Assembly (NCBI RefSeq): GCF_900199515.1
Contig: NZ_LT963434.1
Coordinates: 1,622,180 to 1,654,179, forward strand
Origin: Massilicoli timonensis
GTDB lineage: Bacteria; Bacillota_I; Bacilli_A; Erysipelotrichales; Erysipelotrichaceae
Direction of reading: 5' to 3'
Length of the DNA stretch: 32,000 nt
Shown: in pieces, positions 1-9,504 of the stretch
Layout of the letters: each line of letters opens with the position of its first letter
Position numbering within the stretch: the stretch's first letter is position 1
The notes under the pieces: model-generated
What the model saw: only the letters and a program-made list of their open reading frames with translations
Told to the model about the DNA's origin: nothing
Databases searched by the model: none
Translations under genes and position numbers: made by a program

Positions 1-369
1 GTTGATCATGGCTTGATCGTAGACTATCATACGACTGACTGGTATGCCAATGAAAATCAATATGTCGATAAAGCGCTGCTTTACAATGCGGTATCGCTCT
101 TTCTGCTGATCGATAATCTCGAATCCGTTACCTTCCATTTCAGCGGAGGATCTTATCAAACAAATCGAGCAGTCATAGAGAACGCATACCCAAGCTATTT
201 TGAAATATTGGCAGAGGAACAGCTCGACAAAGCGAAGTTCCATGAATATGTGGAAAACAAGATGAATGATACTGATTTTGTGGAAGGAGTTTTCGCTAAG
301 TGTTTTACCCAGCATGCGAATGAAATCAGTTCATTTGTAAAACGGCCCTATGTGAAAAAACTACTTTGA
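1..369 (+). CDS. 3' part of a conserved hypothetical protein whose 5' end lies outside the window (DUF4825-like by recollection only)
   Basis: The frame is open from base 1 (VDHG precedes the track's TTG at 13) to TGA 367-369. A hairpin terminator follows. The family guess is unverified. Confidence 0.5.
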   Translation, partial: VDHGLIVDYHTTDWYANENQYVDKALLYNAVSLFLLIDNLESVTFHFSGGSYQTNRAVIENAYPSYFEILAEEQLDKAKFHEYVENKMNDTDFVEGVFAKCFTQHANEISSFVKRPYVKKLL

Positions 370-397
370 TCTTATTGGAACAAAGATCAGCGGCTGT

Positions 398-446
398 AAA
401 AAAACGGTCGATCGGAAGTGATGACTTTCCGGACGAACCGTTTTTT
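398..446. terminator. Bidirectional rho-independent terminator between convergent genes
   Basis: A-run 398-404, then a long imperfect hairpin (CGGTCGATCGGAAGT ... ACTTTCCGGACGAACCG), then T-run 441-446. It lies between the + ORF end (369) and the - ORF end (471). Confidence 0.55.
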
Positions 447-470
447 CTGTTTGTATCTCATGTGAAGCAA

Positions 471-1634
471 TCAGCGAAACTGCTGTATAAATACGGCAAT
501 TCGTTCTAATGCGGTTTTGATCTGTTCTAAGCTTGCGGCATAAGAAACACGAATATAGCCTTCTCCCGCTTCTCCGAATGCAGTGCCCGGTACGACCGCG
601 ACCTTTTGTTCCGTCAATAGTCTTTCGCAAAACTCTTCACTTGTCAAACCGGTGCTTTTGATACAAGGGAAAATGTAAAATGCACCTTGCGGCATATGCG
701 TCGGCAAACCGATCCGCTCAAAGCCTTTTACGATGAAATTGCGGCGGTTTTGATAAGATGCCCGCATTTCCTCTACATGTTCTTCGCCATGGCGCAGCGC
801 TTCGATTGCACCGTACTGTGCTGCGGTCGGCGCCGACATGATAATGAACTGATGGATCTTATTCATCGCTTTGGTAAAGGTTTCGTTGGCAATGACATAG
901 CCAAGCCGCCATCCCGTCATGGCAAACGCTTTTGAGAACCCGCTGATCAAAATGACCTGATCCTTGATAGAAGGAAAGTTGGCGAGCGAGGCATGCTTTG
1001 TATCGTAAGACAATTCCGCATAGATCTCATCACTGATCACGATCAGATGATGCGCTTCAATGATCGGCACCAGTTTTTCATAATCCTCGTAAGTCATGAC
1101 CCCGCCGGTAGGATTGCTTGGGAAATTCAACAATACGGCTTTTGTCTTTGGGGTAATAGCAGAACGCAGCGCTTCCGGCGTTAGCTTGAACTGATCTTCT
1201 TCCTTTAATTCCACGAAAACCGGCTTTCCGCCTGTAAGCTGTACGCCCGGCTCATAAGCGACATAGTTTGGCTGCATCAAAATGACTTCATCGCCCGGAT
1301 TTACGATCGCCCGCAGTGCAATGTCGATGCCTTCGCTGCCGCCGACCGTTACGACCACATTGGCATCAGGCTGATAGTCTAACTGAAAGCGCCGCTTCAT
1401 ATAACGGCAGATCTCCACACGCAGCTCCTTCAGCCCCTGATTGGCAGTATAAAACGTTTTGCCGCTCTCAATCGAATAAATGGCGGCTTCACGAATGTGC
1501 CATGGCGTATCAAAATCAGGTTCCCCGACGCCTAACGAGATCACATCATCCATTGCGGAAGCCAAATCGAAAAACTTGCGGATGCCGCTGGGTTTGATCG
1601 CTTTTACTTTATCAGAAAGATATTGTTTCATCAT
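471..1634 (-). CDS. Pyridoxal-phosphate-dependent aminotransferase, class I/II
   Basis: 387-aa ORF with the PLP-lysine signature SGFSKAFAMTGWRLGY and the fold-type I pattern (NPTG, SDEIY). Its start overlaps the stop of the upstream AsnC gene. Confidence 0.9.
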   Translation of the reverse strand: MMKQYLSDKVKAIKPSGIRKFFDLASAMDDVISLGVGEPDFDTPWHIREAAIYSIESGKTFYTANQGLKELRVEICRYMKRRFQLDYQPDANVVVTVGGSEGIDIALRAIVNPGDEVILMQPNYVAYEPGVQLTGGKPVFVELKEEDQFKLTPEALRSAITPKTKAVLLNFPSNPTGGVMTYEDYEKLVPIIEAHHLIVISDEIYAELSYDTKHASLANFPSIKDQVILISGFSKAFAMTGWRLGYVIANETFTKAMNKIHQFIIMSAPTAAQYGAIEALRHGEEHVEEMRASYQNRRNFIVKGFERIGLPTHMPQGAFYIFPCIKSTGLTSEEFCERLLTEQKVAVVPGTAFGEAGEGYIRVSYAASLEQIKTALERIAVFIQQFR

Positions 1635-2119
1635 GGTGTAACGACCAGCCTTTCACTTGGTTTATCATCATCCTCCAAAGCGATCCCGTTCACCTTGTAC
1701 TCTTTCAAGACAAACAAGGTAACCGTTGATTTTACCTGCTCGATGCAGGCAAGCTTTGCCCCGACAAAATTAGAGATCTCCTGCATCGTCTTGCCGTAGA
1801 TGATCACGATAAATTCACTGCGCCCGCTCATCAAATACATCGTATCCACTTCCGGATAACGATAAATATTCTTTGCGACCCGATCGTAGCCGAACTCCCG
1901 TTCCGGTGTAACGCCGACCTCGATCATTGCCATGACCCGCTCCTGATTGGCTTTATCCCAATTCACGACCGTGTGATAACCGCAAATGATCTTTTCCTTT
2001 TCCAGTTCGCTCATCTCATGGATGACACTTGCTTCATCTGCCAATAAAATATCAGCCAGATCCTTCGTATCCATGCGTGCGTTTTTTTCTAACAGTGATA
2101 ATAATACATTCCGTTCCAT
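1631..2119 (-). CDS. Lrp/AsnC-family transcriptional regulator
   Basis: The real start is taken at Met75 of the track ORF (MERNVLLSLLEKNARMD...), preceded by AGGTGAAAGA. It has an N-terminal HTH plus a C-terminal RAM-like domain. The upstream extension of the track ORF is low-complexity and AT-rich. Confidence 0.85.
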   Translation of the reverse strand: MERNVLLSLLEKNARMDTKDLADILLADEASVIHEMSELEKEKIICGYHTVVNWDKANQERVMAMIEVGVTPEREFGYDRVAKNIYRYPEVDTMYLMSGRSEFIVIIYGKTMQEISNFVGAKLACIEQVKSTVTLFVLKEYKVNGIALEDDDKPSERLVVTP

Positions 2120-2494
2120 TCTTTCACCTGCTCTTCCAATTATATTTATGTATATTCTATACCATTTTAGAAGGAAAGAAAATATAAATCGTGAAAGAGT
2201 TGCGGCTATTGAAAATAACCTACGGAATCGATCTGCACGACGTTCTCTTCTAATGAAAGAAATATAAAAAATAGAATTTTTCACAAATAGGAAAGAGTTA
2301 ATGAGCGAAAAAAGAAGAAATGTGATGTGCGCCGTCTGCACGAAGAATGAGATGTTACAAAAAAAATAAATTGTAAACCGGTTTAATGAAATCGCTTACA
2401 TTTTGGTATTGAAAATTTATAGAAACAATGCAATAATATACATACACAGTAATCCTATCAGCGAAGATAAAACCGGATAGAAAAGGGTGATGTT

Positions 2495-3331
2495 ATGGCA
2501 ATTTATGATGTATTGTGCACGATCTCCCATGAAAAAGAAACGGCACAATGTCACTTTAACGGCTACCTAGAAGATTATTTGACACTTCTGGAACAACAGG
2601 AAGGCAATCAAACCATTCGTGAAATCCTGGAACAGATCTCAAAATTAGATGAAAGTTTGAAAATATGTGTGGGATTACAGTTGTCGATCAATCAGAAAGC
2701 AATCGCAAATCAGATCATTCGCTATAAAGACGCATTCAAATTACATGCGGATGCGATCGTTTGTCCTTATATCATATATGGATATAAAAACGAACGTCAG
2801 TATGCGATGATTTTATGTGAAGGAGGACGCGAGCAGTATATTTATGCAAAGGCATTTTATTATGTCATCAGTGAACCGGACAATCAGTTTGAAGGCTCCC
2901 GCAATGAAATGATCGCTTTATGTGTGAATAGGGAAAATATGGAACTGAGCGTAGAATGTGCGTCGCGCTTCTTTGAAAAAGGTGAAAAGGCGGGCTTTGT
3001 TCAGCGAATGCTGGATCGCAAGCTGTTTTCCAATTATCAGGAAATGTATGATCTGGCTAAGGAGATGGGAGAAACGCTGCAGGCAGAAGCCGCAGACCGA
3101 TTGGCATCCGGTAATAAGGAAAAAACGATTTATGAGCTGATCGCAAAGTGGTTCCTGCTGAAGAAATTTTGTTATGTGCAGTATATGATGGATAAGCATG
3201 TTCTGCACCATGTGCATGAGGACAATCTGAAAAAGCAGCGGCAGGCGGCGAAGGAACTGTGTGATCGTATCAAATTCATCTCTTTTTCGCAGATGTGGCG
3301 TTTCGGTGAAGAAAGCATAAAAGATAGATGA
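2495..3331 (+). CDS. Hypothetical protein (278 aa), no recognisable domain
   Basis: Long ORF with SD AAAGGGTGA upstream of the ATG, followed by a hairpin terminator. I recognise no motifs. Confidence 0.6.
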   Translation: MAIYDVLCTISHEKETAQCHFNGYLEDYLTLLEQQEGNQTIREILEQISKLDESLKICVGLQLSINQKAIANQIIRYKDAFKLHADAIVCPYIIYGYKNERQYAMILCEGGREQYIYAKAFYYVISEPDNQFEGSRNEMIALCVNRENMELSVECASRFFEKGEKAGFVQRMLDRKLFSNYQEMYDLAKEMGETLQAEAADRLASGNKEKTIYELIAKWFLLKKFCYVQYMMDKHVLHHVHEDNLKKQRQAAKELCDRIKFISFSQMWRFGEESIKDR

Positions 3332-3347
3332 ATAAAGGAAAAGAGGA

Positions 3348-3389
3348 AGCAGATGAAAGCAGGAAGATTTATGGCGATCATCTGCTTTT
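3348..3389 (+). terminator. Rho-independent terminator candidate
   Basis: 9-bp perfect stem AGCAGATGA (3348-3356) / TCATCTGCT (3378-3386) followed by TTTT. The loop is long (21 nt). Confidence 0.5.
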
Positions 3390-3539
3390 GTCCTGTTAAG
3401 GAAAAAGGAGTCGAAATGCTTGGAAGCGATAAAAGCGCTTTTTTGAAGCAAAGTGATGAAAGGGATCATCGTTAGGAAAAAACGATAAAATTGGCGCTTA
3501 AAAAGCTGTGGATAAATCAAAGAAATAACAGAAAATCTC

Positions 3540-3568
3540 TTTACTTACACTACATTCAATGCTATAAT
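3540..3568 (+). promoter_or_regulatory. Sigma-A type promoter of the rpsF-ssb-rpsR operon
   Basis: TTTACT (3540-3545), 17-nt spacer, extended -10 TGcTATAAT (TATAAT 3563-3568), about 75 nt upstream of rpsF. Confidence 0.55.
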
Positions 3569-3576
3569 CTTAGAAC

Positions 3577-3594
3577 GAGTAGAAATCTCTACTC
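3577..3594 (+). promoter_or_regulatory. 5'-UTR hairpin, candidate rpsF (S6:S18-binding) leader element
   Basis: Perfect 7-bp stem GAGTAGA / TCTACTC with loop AATC, between the promoter and the rpsF SD. The identification with the rpsF leader is positional only. Confidence 0.3.
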
Positions 3595-3643
3595 CTTGCT
3601 CTTATTTAGATAAGGGCCATATAGACCATAAGGAGGTGTAGCT

Positions 3644-3937
3644 ATGAAGAAGTATGAAATCATGTATATCATCAAGCAGGATCTGGATGAAGCAGCACGT
3701 AATGAAGTAATCGCGTCACTGCACGGCATCATCGAAAACCACGGCGGCAGCATTGATAATGTTGATGAGTGGGGCATGAAAGAATTTGCTTACGAGATCG
3801 ACCACATGAAAAAAGGCTACTATGTTGTGATCAACGCATCTGCTACCAATGAAGGTATCGCGGAATTTGATCGTTTGACACGTATCAACAACAATGTAGT
3901 GCGCCATATGATCATCAAAATGCAGGGCGAAGAATAA
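3644..3937 (+). CDS. rpsF: 30S ribosomal protein S6
   Basis: MKKYEIMYIIKQDLDE... is a typical S6 N-terminus. SD AAGGAGGTG is present, and the rpsF-ssb-rpsR order is conserved. Confidence 0.95.
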   Translation: MKKYEIMYIIKQDLDEAARNEVIASLHGIIENHGGSIDNVDEWGMKEFAYEIDHMKKGYYVVINASATNEGIAEFDRLTRINNNVVRHMIIKMQGEE

Positions 3938-3952
3938 GAAGGGATGATGTAA

Positions 3953-4456
3953 ATGATTAACCGTGTCGTATTGGTAGGAAGATTAACCAAAGATCCAGTA
4001 TTACGCAAGACACCGTCAGGTGCATCAGTCGTATCCTTCACCGTTGCCTGCAATCGCCGTGTGCAGACACAGGAGCAGTCAGCGGATTATATCAACTGCG
4101 TGGCATGGAATAAAGTTGCGGAGCTGATGGCGCAATATCTGCATAAAGGATCGCTGATCGGCTTGGAGGGAAGAATCCAGACGAGAAGCTATGATGATCA
4201 AACAGGCAGACGTGTTTATGTGACAGAAGTCTTGGCAGACAATGTGCAGTTTTTAGAGCCGAAAGGCGCAAGAAGTGAAGGCGCATCGAACTATGTGCCG
4301 AATCAAAACGCATACGGCGCGCAGAACTACAATAACAATCAGTTTGCGCAGAATGAATTTGCACAGCAGCCGGCATTCCAGAATGCAAATGACTTCTCAC
4401 AGGATTATGCAAGCAGCGACACGCTGGATATTTCCAGTGATGACCTGCCGTTTTAA
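3953..4456 (+). CDS. ssb: Single-stranded DNA-binding protein
   Basis: OB-fold N-terminus [15 protein letters not shown], a Q/N-rich linker, and the acidic tail ending DDLPF. Confidence 0.95.
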   Translation: MINRVVLVGRLTKDPVLRKTPSGASVVSFTVACNRRVQTQEQSADYINCVAWNKVAELMAQYLHKGSLIGLEGRIQTRSYDDQTGRRVYVTEVLADNVQFLEPKGARSEGASNYVPNQNAYGAQNYNNNQFAQNEFAQQPAFQNANDFSQDYASSDTLDISSDDLPF

Positions 4457-4470
4457 GAAAGGAGATTACT

Positions 4471-4701
4471 ATGGCATATAGAAAACAGCGTATGGGACGT
4501 AAAAAAGTATGTTACTTTACGAAAAACCATATCGAATATATCGACTATAAAGACGTTGAATTGTTAAAGCGTTTTATTTCCGCTAACGGGAAGATCATTC
4601 CTAGACGCGTAACCGGAACGCGCGCAAAATATCAGCGCATGCTGGCGACTGCGATCAAACGCGCTCGTCAGATGGCTCTGTTACCTTACGTAGCAGAATA
4701 A
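4471..4701 (+). CDS. rpsR: 30S ribosomal protein S18
   Basis: Motif block CYFTKN...[23 protein letters not shown]...KYQR. SD AAAGGAG is present. Confidence 0.95.
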   Translation: MAYRKQRMGRKKVCYFTKNHIEYIDYKDVELLKRFISANGKIIPRRVTGTRAKYQRMLATAIKRARQMALLPYVAE

Positions 4702-4713
4702 GAAAAAGAAGGG

Positions 4714-4742
4714 AAACCGTCATCGATCTGGTGGCGGTTTTT
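4714..4742 (+). terminator. Weak rho-independent terminator after rpsR
   Basis: Stem CCGTC / GGCGG (one G-U pair) with an 11-nt loop, then TTTTT. An A-tract on the 5' side could extend the stem. Confidence 0.4.
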
Positions 4743-4814
4743 GCACATTATGATCCTATCCAAAACCTGTCTTATCAGCAGGAAAATCATTTCGATACAG
4801 AAAGGAGAATGCTT

Positions 4815-5735
4815 ATGAATCAAAGCGTGCGCCGCATCAGCGAAGGAGCGATGATGGTGGCAATGGTCGGCTTGGTGCTGTTTTTCAACCGTCAGACAGC
4901 CGGTATGTTTGAGTATCTGTTTTACTGGCTGCTCAGTTTTCCGATTTTGATCTATACTGCCAAATATGGGTTAAAAGCAGCGCTCATTCCCGCTTTCAGC
5001 ATGCTGGTCCTGAGCCTTATCCTTTCTGTACCGACGACCGTTTTTTATTTGGTATCCGCCTTGATCGTCGGACTGTTTTACGGCTGCGGTGTCAAAAAAC
5101 AATTAGAGAATCGTGTACTGTTGGGCGCTACGATCTTCTTTACCTTTCTTTCTTATCTGGTAACGACGGTATTGCTTGCACAGGTATTCGGCTATGGCAG
5201 CGATGATGTGGAAATGCTGATCGAGCTGTTTCAGTTATTGGAGATCAGCGTACCGGCACAGATTGCCAAGATCGCTTTGTGGGTGTCTGTATTTTTGGCA
5301 TTGGTCATGAGCGTATTAGAAGCGCTTTGTATCCATCTGCTTGCGATCCTATTATTAAAACGCTTGAAAATAGCAGAAATTCGGACAAAAACGGTCATTG
5401 ATCTGCAATTTCCCAAATGGTTCGGTGTGATTTCCATTATTGTTATACTTCTATTTCTAGGCAGAAATATGTTAGAATTAAATAGTGAAGCTGCGGCACT
5501 CTTAAGTCTTGCGATGCTGGCTGTCAGTGTGATCGCTTTAGCGAATGGCTGCATGTACTTAATGTGTATCTTATTGCTTGCAGGAAGAAAAAAATGGGTG
5601 TTTATTCTGCCGCTTATGGCGATTACCCCGATCATTCAGTATATCATCTTGTTTTTCGGCATTTATGACATGCTCATCGGCGGAAAACAGATCTTGAAGG
5701 AGGCGGTGCAAAATGGAACGATTAGAAAACCTTAA
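4815..5735 (+). CDS. yybS: Polytopic membrane protein, YybS-like (DUF2232)
   Basis: Start chosen at ATG 4815 (MNQSVRRI...), 7 nt after GGAG. The track's earlier start lies inside the rpsR terminator. It has multiple hydrophobic spans and overlaps gdpP by 23 nt, as in the Bacillus yybS-yybT pair. Confidence 0.65.
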   Translation: MNQSVRRISEGAMMVAMVGLVLFFNRQTAGMFEYLFYWLLSFPILIYTAKYGLKAALIPAFSMLVLSLILSVPTTVFYLVSALIVGLFYGCGVKKQLENRVLLGATIFFTFLSYLVTTVLLAQVFGYGSDDVEMLIELFQLLEISVPAQIAKIALWVSVFLALVMSVLEALCIHLLAILLLKRLKIAEIRTKTVIDLQFPKWFGVISIIVILLFLGRNMLELNSEAAALLSLAMLAVSVIALANGCMYLMCILLLAGRKKWVFILPLMAITPIIQYIILFFGIYDMLIGGKQILKEAVQNGTIRKP

Positions 5736-7695
5736 ATTACAGATTGCCGTGATCGTCATTGCGGAAATCGTCATGCTGCTGGTGATGTATCTGGTAGGCT
5801 TTCAGGAAACGGTGAAGCCGTTGGCACTGTTTATGGTATTCAACATCGTTGTGGTCATCTGGATCTTATATTCTCTGCAAAAAGAGAAAGAGAACCGTGA
5901 TATTGACATTTCCCGTATTTTAGGAAAAGATGCGAAAGACGCGTTTGTGTTTGGCCAGATCGGGATCATCACTTATGATGATAATTTTGTCGTAACCTGG
6001 GTCAATGAATTTATGATGCAGCGGGAATTAAAATTGGTAGGAAAAAAAGTAACGTCTTGGATCCCGGATCTGCATGTGCTGTTAAACGGAGAAAGCGACA
6101 GCATTGTCGGCGCTTATGAAGATCAGACATATGAAGTAACGCATAAGGAAAACGGACATGTGCTGTATGTGCGTGATATTACCGAAATCACTGCGCTGCG
6201 CAAGCTGCAGAAAGATGAGGAAGTCGTGATCGGGCTGATCCATCTGGATAATTACATGGATATTTCTCAATATGAGGATGAAACCAAGATGGCGCTGATC
6301 AACACCAATCTGCGGCAGGCAGTCGTGGAATGGGCGAAGGGATATGGCATGTTGATCCGCCGTCTGCGCAGCGATCGCTTTTTGGTCGTATTGGATAAGG
6401 CAATCTATGAAAAGATCTTAGAGGATAAGTTTTCGATCTTAAACAAGATCAGAAACAATGCCGATGAAATAGATGTTGCGATTACGCTCAGCATGTCGTT
6501 TGCGGGAGGCACCAGCGATTATCAGGAACTGGATACGATGGTAAACGACTTGTTAGAACTGGCGCTTTCTCGCGGCGGCGATCAGGTGGCGGTAAAGCGT
6601 TATGGTGAAAACGTGCGTTATTTCGGCGGCAATTCCGAAGCCAAAGAAAAGCGAAGCAGAGTGCGGGTGCGGGTCATGGCACAGGCGATCCGGGAAACGA
6701 TCGAGGACAGTGAACGTGTTTTTATCGTCGGACATCGGCTGATGGATTTCGACTGTATGGGCAGTGCGCTGGGCATGTCGCGCATCGTACAGGCCTATGG
6801 ACGCAAGTGCTACATCGTTTCTAAAAGCGGTGGGATCGAAGAACAGTTAAATGATGCGCTGCACACCTTCAACGAAGCGCTGGGGGCAAGGCATCAGTTT
6901 ATCAGCGATATGGAAGCCTGCAAGATGGCTGATGCACAGGATCTGGTGATTGCGGTCGATCACCATAATCCGGATCAGTGCGGGGCGCCGGATATCCTGC
7001 GGCAACAAAAGCGTAAGATCGTGATCGATCATCATCGACGCAGTGAAAACTTCATTGATGATCCATTGCTTGTCTATGTGGAAACCGGTGCCAGCAGCGT
7101 AAGTGAATTGATTACCGAGCTGTTGCCGTACCAAACCAATAAAGTGCATTTGAGCGAAGAAGAAGCGACGATCATGTACCTCGGTATTTTGATTGATACC
7201 AATCGGTTCAAAGCGAGAACCGGATCGCGTACGTTTGAAGCGGTGGCACAATTGAAAAAGCTGGGGGTAGATTCGATCAAAGCGGAAAATCTGCTGAAGG
7301 AAAACTTTGAAGAATTTGAAGAGCGGGCACAGATCATGAAATATGCAAAACGCTTTCACGAACATATCGTGATTGCCTGTGTCAGCGATAACCGGATCTT
7401 GAATCGCACGATGCTTTCCAAGGTCGCGGATAATTTACTGAATATCAAAGGGGTGGACGCAAGTTTTGTACTGGCCCGCACCGATGAGAAAAATGTGGCA
7501 ATTTCCGCACGCAGCAGCGGCAGTATCAATGTGCAGATCATTATGGAAGCGATGCAGGGCGGCGGTCATTTCTCGGCGGCGGCGCTGCAGCGGGAAAGCG
7601 ATGATATTGCGTCGGTAAATGCGGAACTGGAAGCGACGATAGAAGCATATTTAACCAGAAAGGATGAAGAAAATGAAAGTAATTCTGTTAAGTGA
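5713..7695 (+). CDS. gdpP: Cyclic-di-AMP phosphodiesterase GdpP (DHH/DHHA1 family)
   Basis: Two N-terminal TM helices, a central PAS/degenerate GGDEF-like region, DHH motifs (VDHHNP, IDHHRR), and the DHHA1 GGGH motif ([11 protein letters not shown]). It sits upstream of rplI-dnaB. Confidence 0.9.
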   Translation: MERLENLKLQIAVIVIAEIVMLLVMYLVGFQETVKPLALFMVFNIVVVIWILYSLQKEKENRDIDISRILGKDAKDAFVFGQIGIITYDDNFVVTWVNEFMMQRELKLVGKKVTSWIPDLHVLLNGESDSIVGAYEDQTYEVTHKENGHVLYVRDITEITALRKLQKDEEVVIGLIHLDNYMDISQYEDETKMALINTNLRQAVVEWAKGYGMLIRRLRSDRFLVVLDKAIYEKILEDKFSILNKIRNNADEIDVAITLSMSFAGGTSDYQELDTMVNDLLELALSRGGDQVAVKRYGENVRYFGGNSEAKEKRSRVRVRVMAQAIRETIEDSERVFIVGHRLMDFDCMGSALGMSRIVQAYGRKCYIVSKSGGIEEQLNDALHTFNEALGARHQFISDMEACKMADAQDLVIAVDHHNPDQCGAPDILRQQKRKIVIDHHRRSENFIDDPLLVYVETGASSVSELITELLPYQTNKVHLSEEEATIMYLGILIDTNRFKARTGSRTFEAVAQLKKLGVDSIKAENLLKENFEEFEERAQIMKYAKRFHEHIVIACVSDNRILNRTMLSKVADNLLNIKGVDASFVLARTDEKNVAISARSSGSINVQIIMEAMQGGGHFSAAALQRESDDIASVNAELEATIEAYLTRKDEENESNSVK

Positions 7696-8125
7696 TGTGA
7701 AGAAAGTAGGAAAAAAAGGGGAACTGGTCGAAGTGGCAGACGGCTATGCACGCAACTTTTTGATTCGCCAGCGATTGGCGGTAGAAGCGACCAAACGCTC
7801 TTTGGAAATACGCGATGAACAAAAATTACAGGAACAGCTGCATGAAAAGGAGTTAGAAGCGCAGGCGGAGGAGCTGAAAAAGAAACTGGATATGATCAAG
7901 GTACATTTTACTTTGAAGCAGGGACAGGACGGCCGCATCTTCGGTTCTATTTCCACGAAACAGCTGGCGGAAGGCATGATGAAGCAGCATGGCATTGCGA
8001 TCGACAAACGCAAGATCTTGGGAATCAGCAGCGTCGATGCGCTGGGCGACAGCGATGTCAAGATCGACTTGTATCACAATAAGGTGATCGGTACGATCCA
8101 TGTGCATGTCGCGCCTAAGCAATAG
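7673..8125 (+). CDS. rplI: 50S ribosomal protein L9
   Basis: [21 protein letters not shown]... is the canonical L9 N-terminus. ATG 7673 has better SD spacing than the track's 7664. Confidence 0.93.
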   Translation: MKVILLSDVKKVGKKGELVEVADGYARNFLIRQRLAVEATKRSLEIRDEQKLQEQLHEKELEAQAEELKKKLDMIKVHFTLKQGQDGRIFGSISTKQLAEGMMKQHGIAIDKRKILGISSVDALGDSDVKIDLYHNKVIGTIHVHVAPKQ

Positions 8126-8134
8126 GTGAAGCAT

Positions 8135-9472
8135 ATGAGCAAAGAATTACCGCACAGTACGGAAGCGGAGCAGGCGATCCTCGGCTCCATGCTGGTATAT
8201 CCAAGCGTAACCCGTACGATCTATGATCAGGGCTTGCATAAAGAGGATTTTTATTTAGATATTCATCAGCGCATTTTTCAGGAAATGATGTATCTGGTGG
8301 ATCATGGCAAACCGGTCGATGTAACCGGGCTTATCACAAGGCTGAGCGACAGCGATCAGTTAAATCTGGTCGGAGGCGCCGATTATATCATCAAGCTTTC
8401 GGATACCGCAGTATCGGCTGCCAATAGCAATTACTATATTGAACTGATCCAGAATCGCGCCCATCTAAGACGGCTGATCGATACAGCGGAGAAAATCGCC
8501 GCTGATGGCTTTGCGGCAGGCGATGAAGTGGATGCGGTCATGGATGAAGCAGAAAAACGGATCTTGCAGGTAACAAGAAATCGCCGTGGCAGTGAATTCA
8601 AAACAAGCCGCGAAGTCGTAAATGAAGTCATCCATGAAATTATGAAGCTGCGCGCCAGTGATGACCGCGTAACCGGAATCAAAACCGGCTATACCGAATT
8701 AGATAAGAAAACCAACGGCTTTCAGCGCGGCGATCTCATTATCTTAGCAGCGCGTCCGGCGATGGGGAAAACCGCTTTCGCACTGAATCTGGCCCTGAAT
8801 GTTGCACAGTTAAACAGTCAGGCTACCGCGATCTTTTCTCTAGAAATGGGTGCGGATCAGCTGATGAAGCGTATTTTGTCCTGTAAAAGCCAGGTGGAAT
8901 CCAGTAAACTGCGTTCCGGTTATCTGCGTGATGATGAGTTCAGCGCCTTAAATGAAAGCGCCAATGAATTGATGCATACAAAACTGTATATCGACGATTC
9001 GGCAGCGATCAAAATGGCAGAGATCCACGCGAAATGCCGAAAGCTGAAAGCAGAGCAGGGACTGGATCTGGTCGTGATCGATTATTTGCAGCTGATCAGC
9101 GGCAGCGGCAAAGGCAACGGCGACAATCGCCAGCAGGAAGTATCGGAGATTTCCCGATCCTTAAAGATCATGGCAAAAGAATTAAATGTCCCGGTCATTG
9201 CTTTATCCCAGCTTTCCCGCAGCGTGGAAGCACGAAAAGACGACAAACGGCCGATGCTTTCCGATCTGCGCGAATCCGGGGCGATCGAGCAGGATGCCGA
9301 TATCGTATTATTCTTGTACCGCGATGCCTACTATGCAAAGCCGGATGAGGCAAACGAACAGACCTTAGACAATACGGAGATCATTTTCGCCAAACACCGT
9401 AACGGTGCAACCGGCAGCGTCATGCTCGCCTTCAACAAGGCGATTTCCGCATTCTATAACATTGCGGCGTAA
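8135..9472 (+). CDS. dnaB: Replicative DNA helicase (DnaB family; called DnaC in B. subtilis)
   Basis: N-terminal PHSTEAEQAILGSML and Walker A GARPAMGKTAF. RecA-like motifs (DYLQLI, SQLSR) are present. ATG 8135 lies 5 nt after AGGTGA. Confidence 0.95.
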   Translation: MSKELPHSTEAEQAILGSMLVYPSVTRTIYDQGLHKEDFYLDIHQRIFQEMMYLVDHGKPVDVTGLITRLSDSDQLNLVGGADYIIKLSDTAVSAANSNYYIELIQNRAHLRRLIDTAEKIAADGFAAGDEVDAVMDEAEKRILQVTRNRRGSEFKTSREVVNEVIHEIMKLRASDDRVTGIKTGYTELDKKTNGFQRGDLIILAARPAMGKTAFALNLALNVAQLNSQATAIFSLEMGADQLMKRILSCKSQVESSKLRSGYLRDDEFSALNESANELMHTKLYIDDSAAIKMAEIHAKCRKLKAEQGLDLVVIDYLQLISGSGKGNGDNRQQEVSEISRSLKIMAKELNVPVIALSQLSRSVEARKDDKRPMLSDLRESGAIEQDADIVLFLYRDAYYAKPDEANEQTLDNTEIIFAKHRNGATGSVMLAFNKAISAFYNIAA

Positions 9473-9504
9473 AAATAGGGAATGAAGATTAGGAGGGAAA
9501 ACAG

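Noticed and set aside
1631-2341. N-terminal extensions proposed by the ORF track for several genes (1631-2341, 4731, 13175, 14313, 16722, 18213, 20797, 25387).
   Set aside because: The extensions cross terminators, hairpins or promoters, lack an SD, and precede internal Met codons that have a good SD and match canonical family N-termini.
3353-3475. 40-codon ORF (MKAGRFMAIICFCPVKEKG...) with an apparent SD in the gap before the rpsF promoter.
   Set aside because: It overlaps the terminator hairpin of the upstream gene and has no recognisable features. There is not enough evidence for a real small protein.
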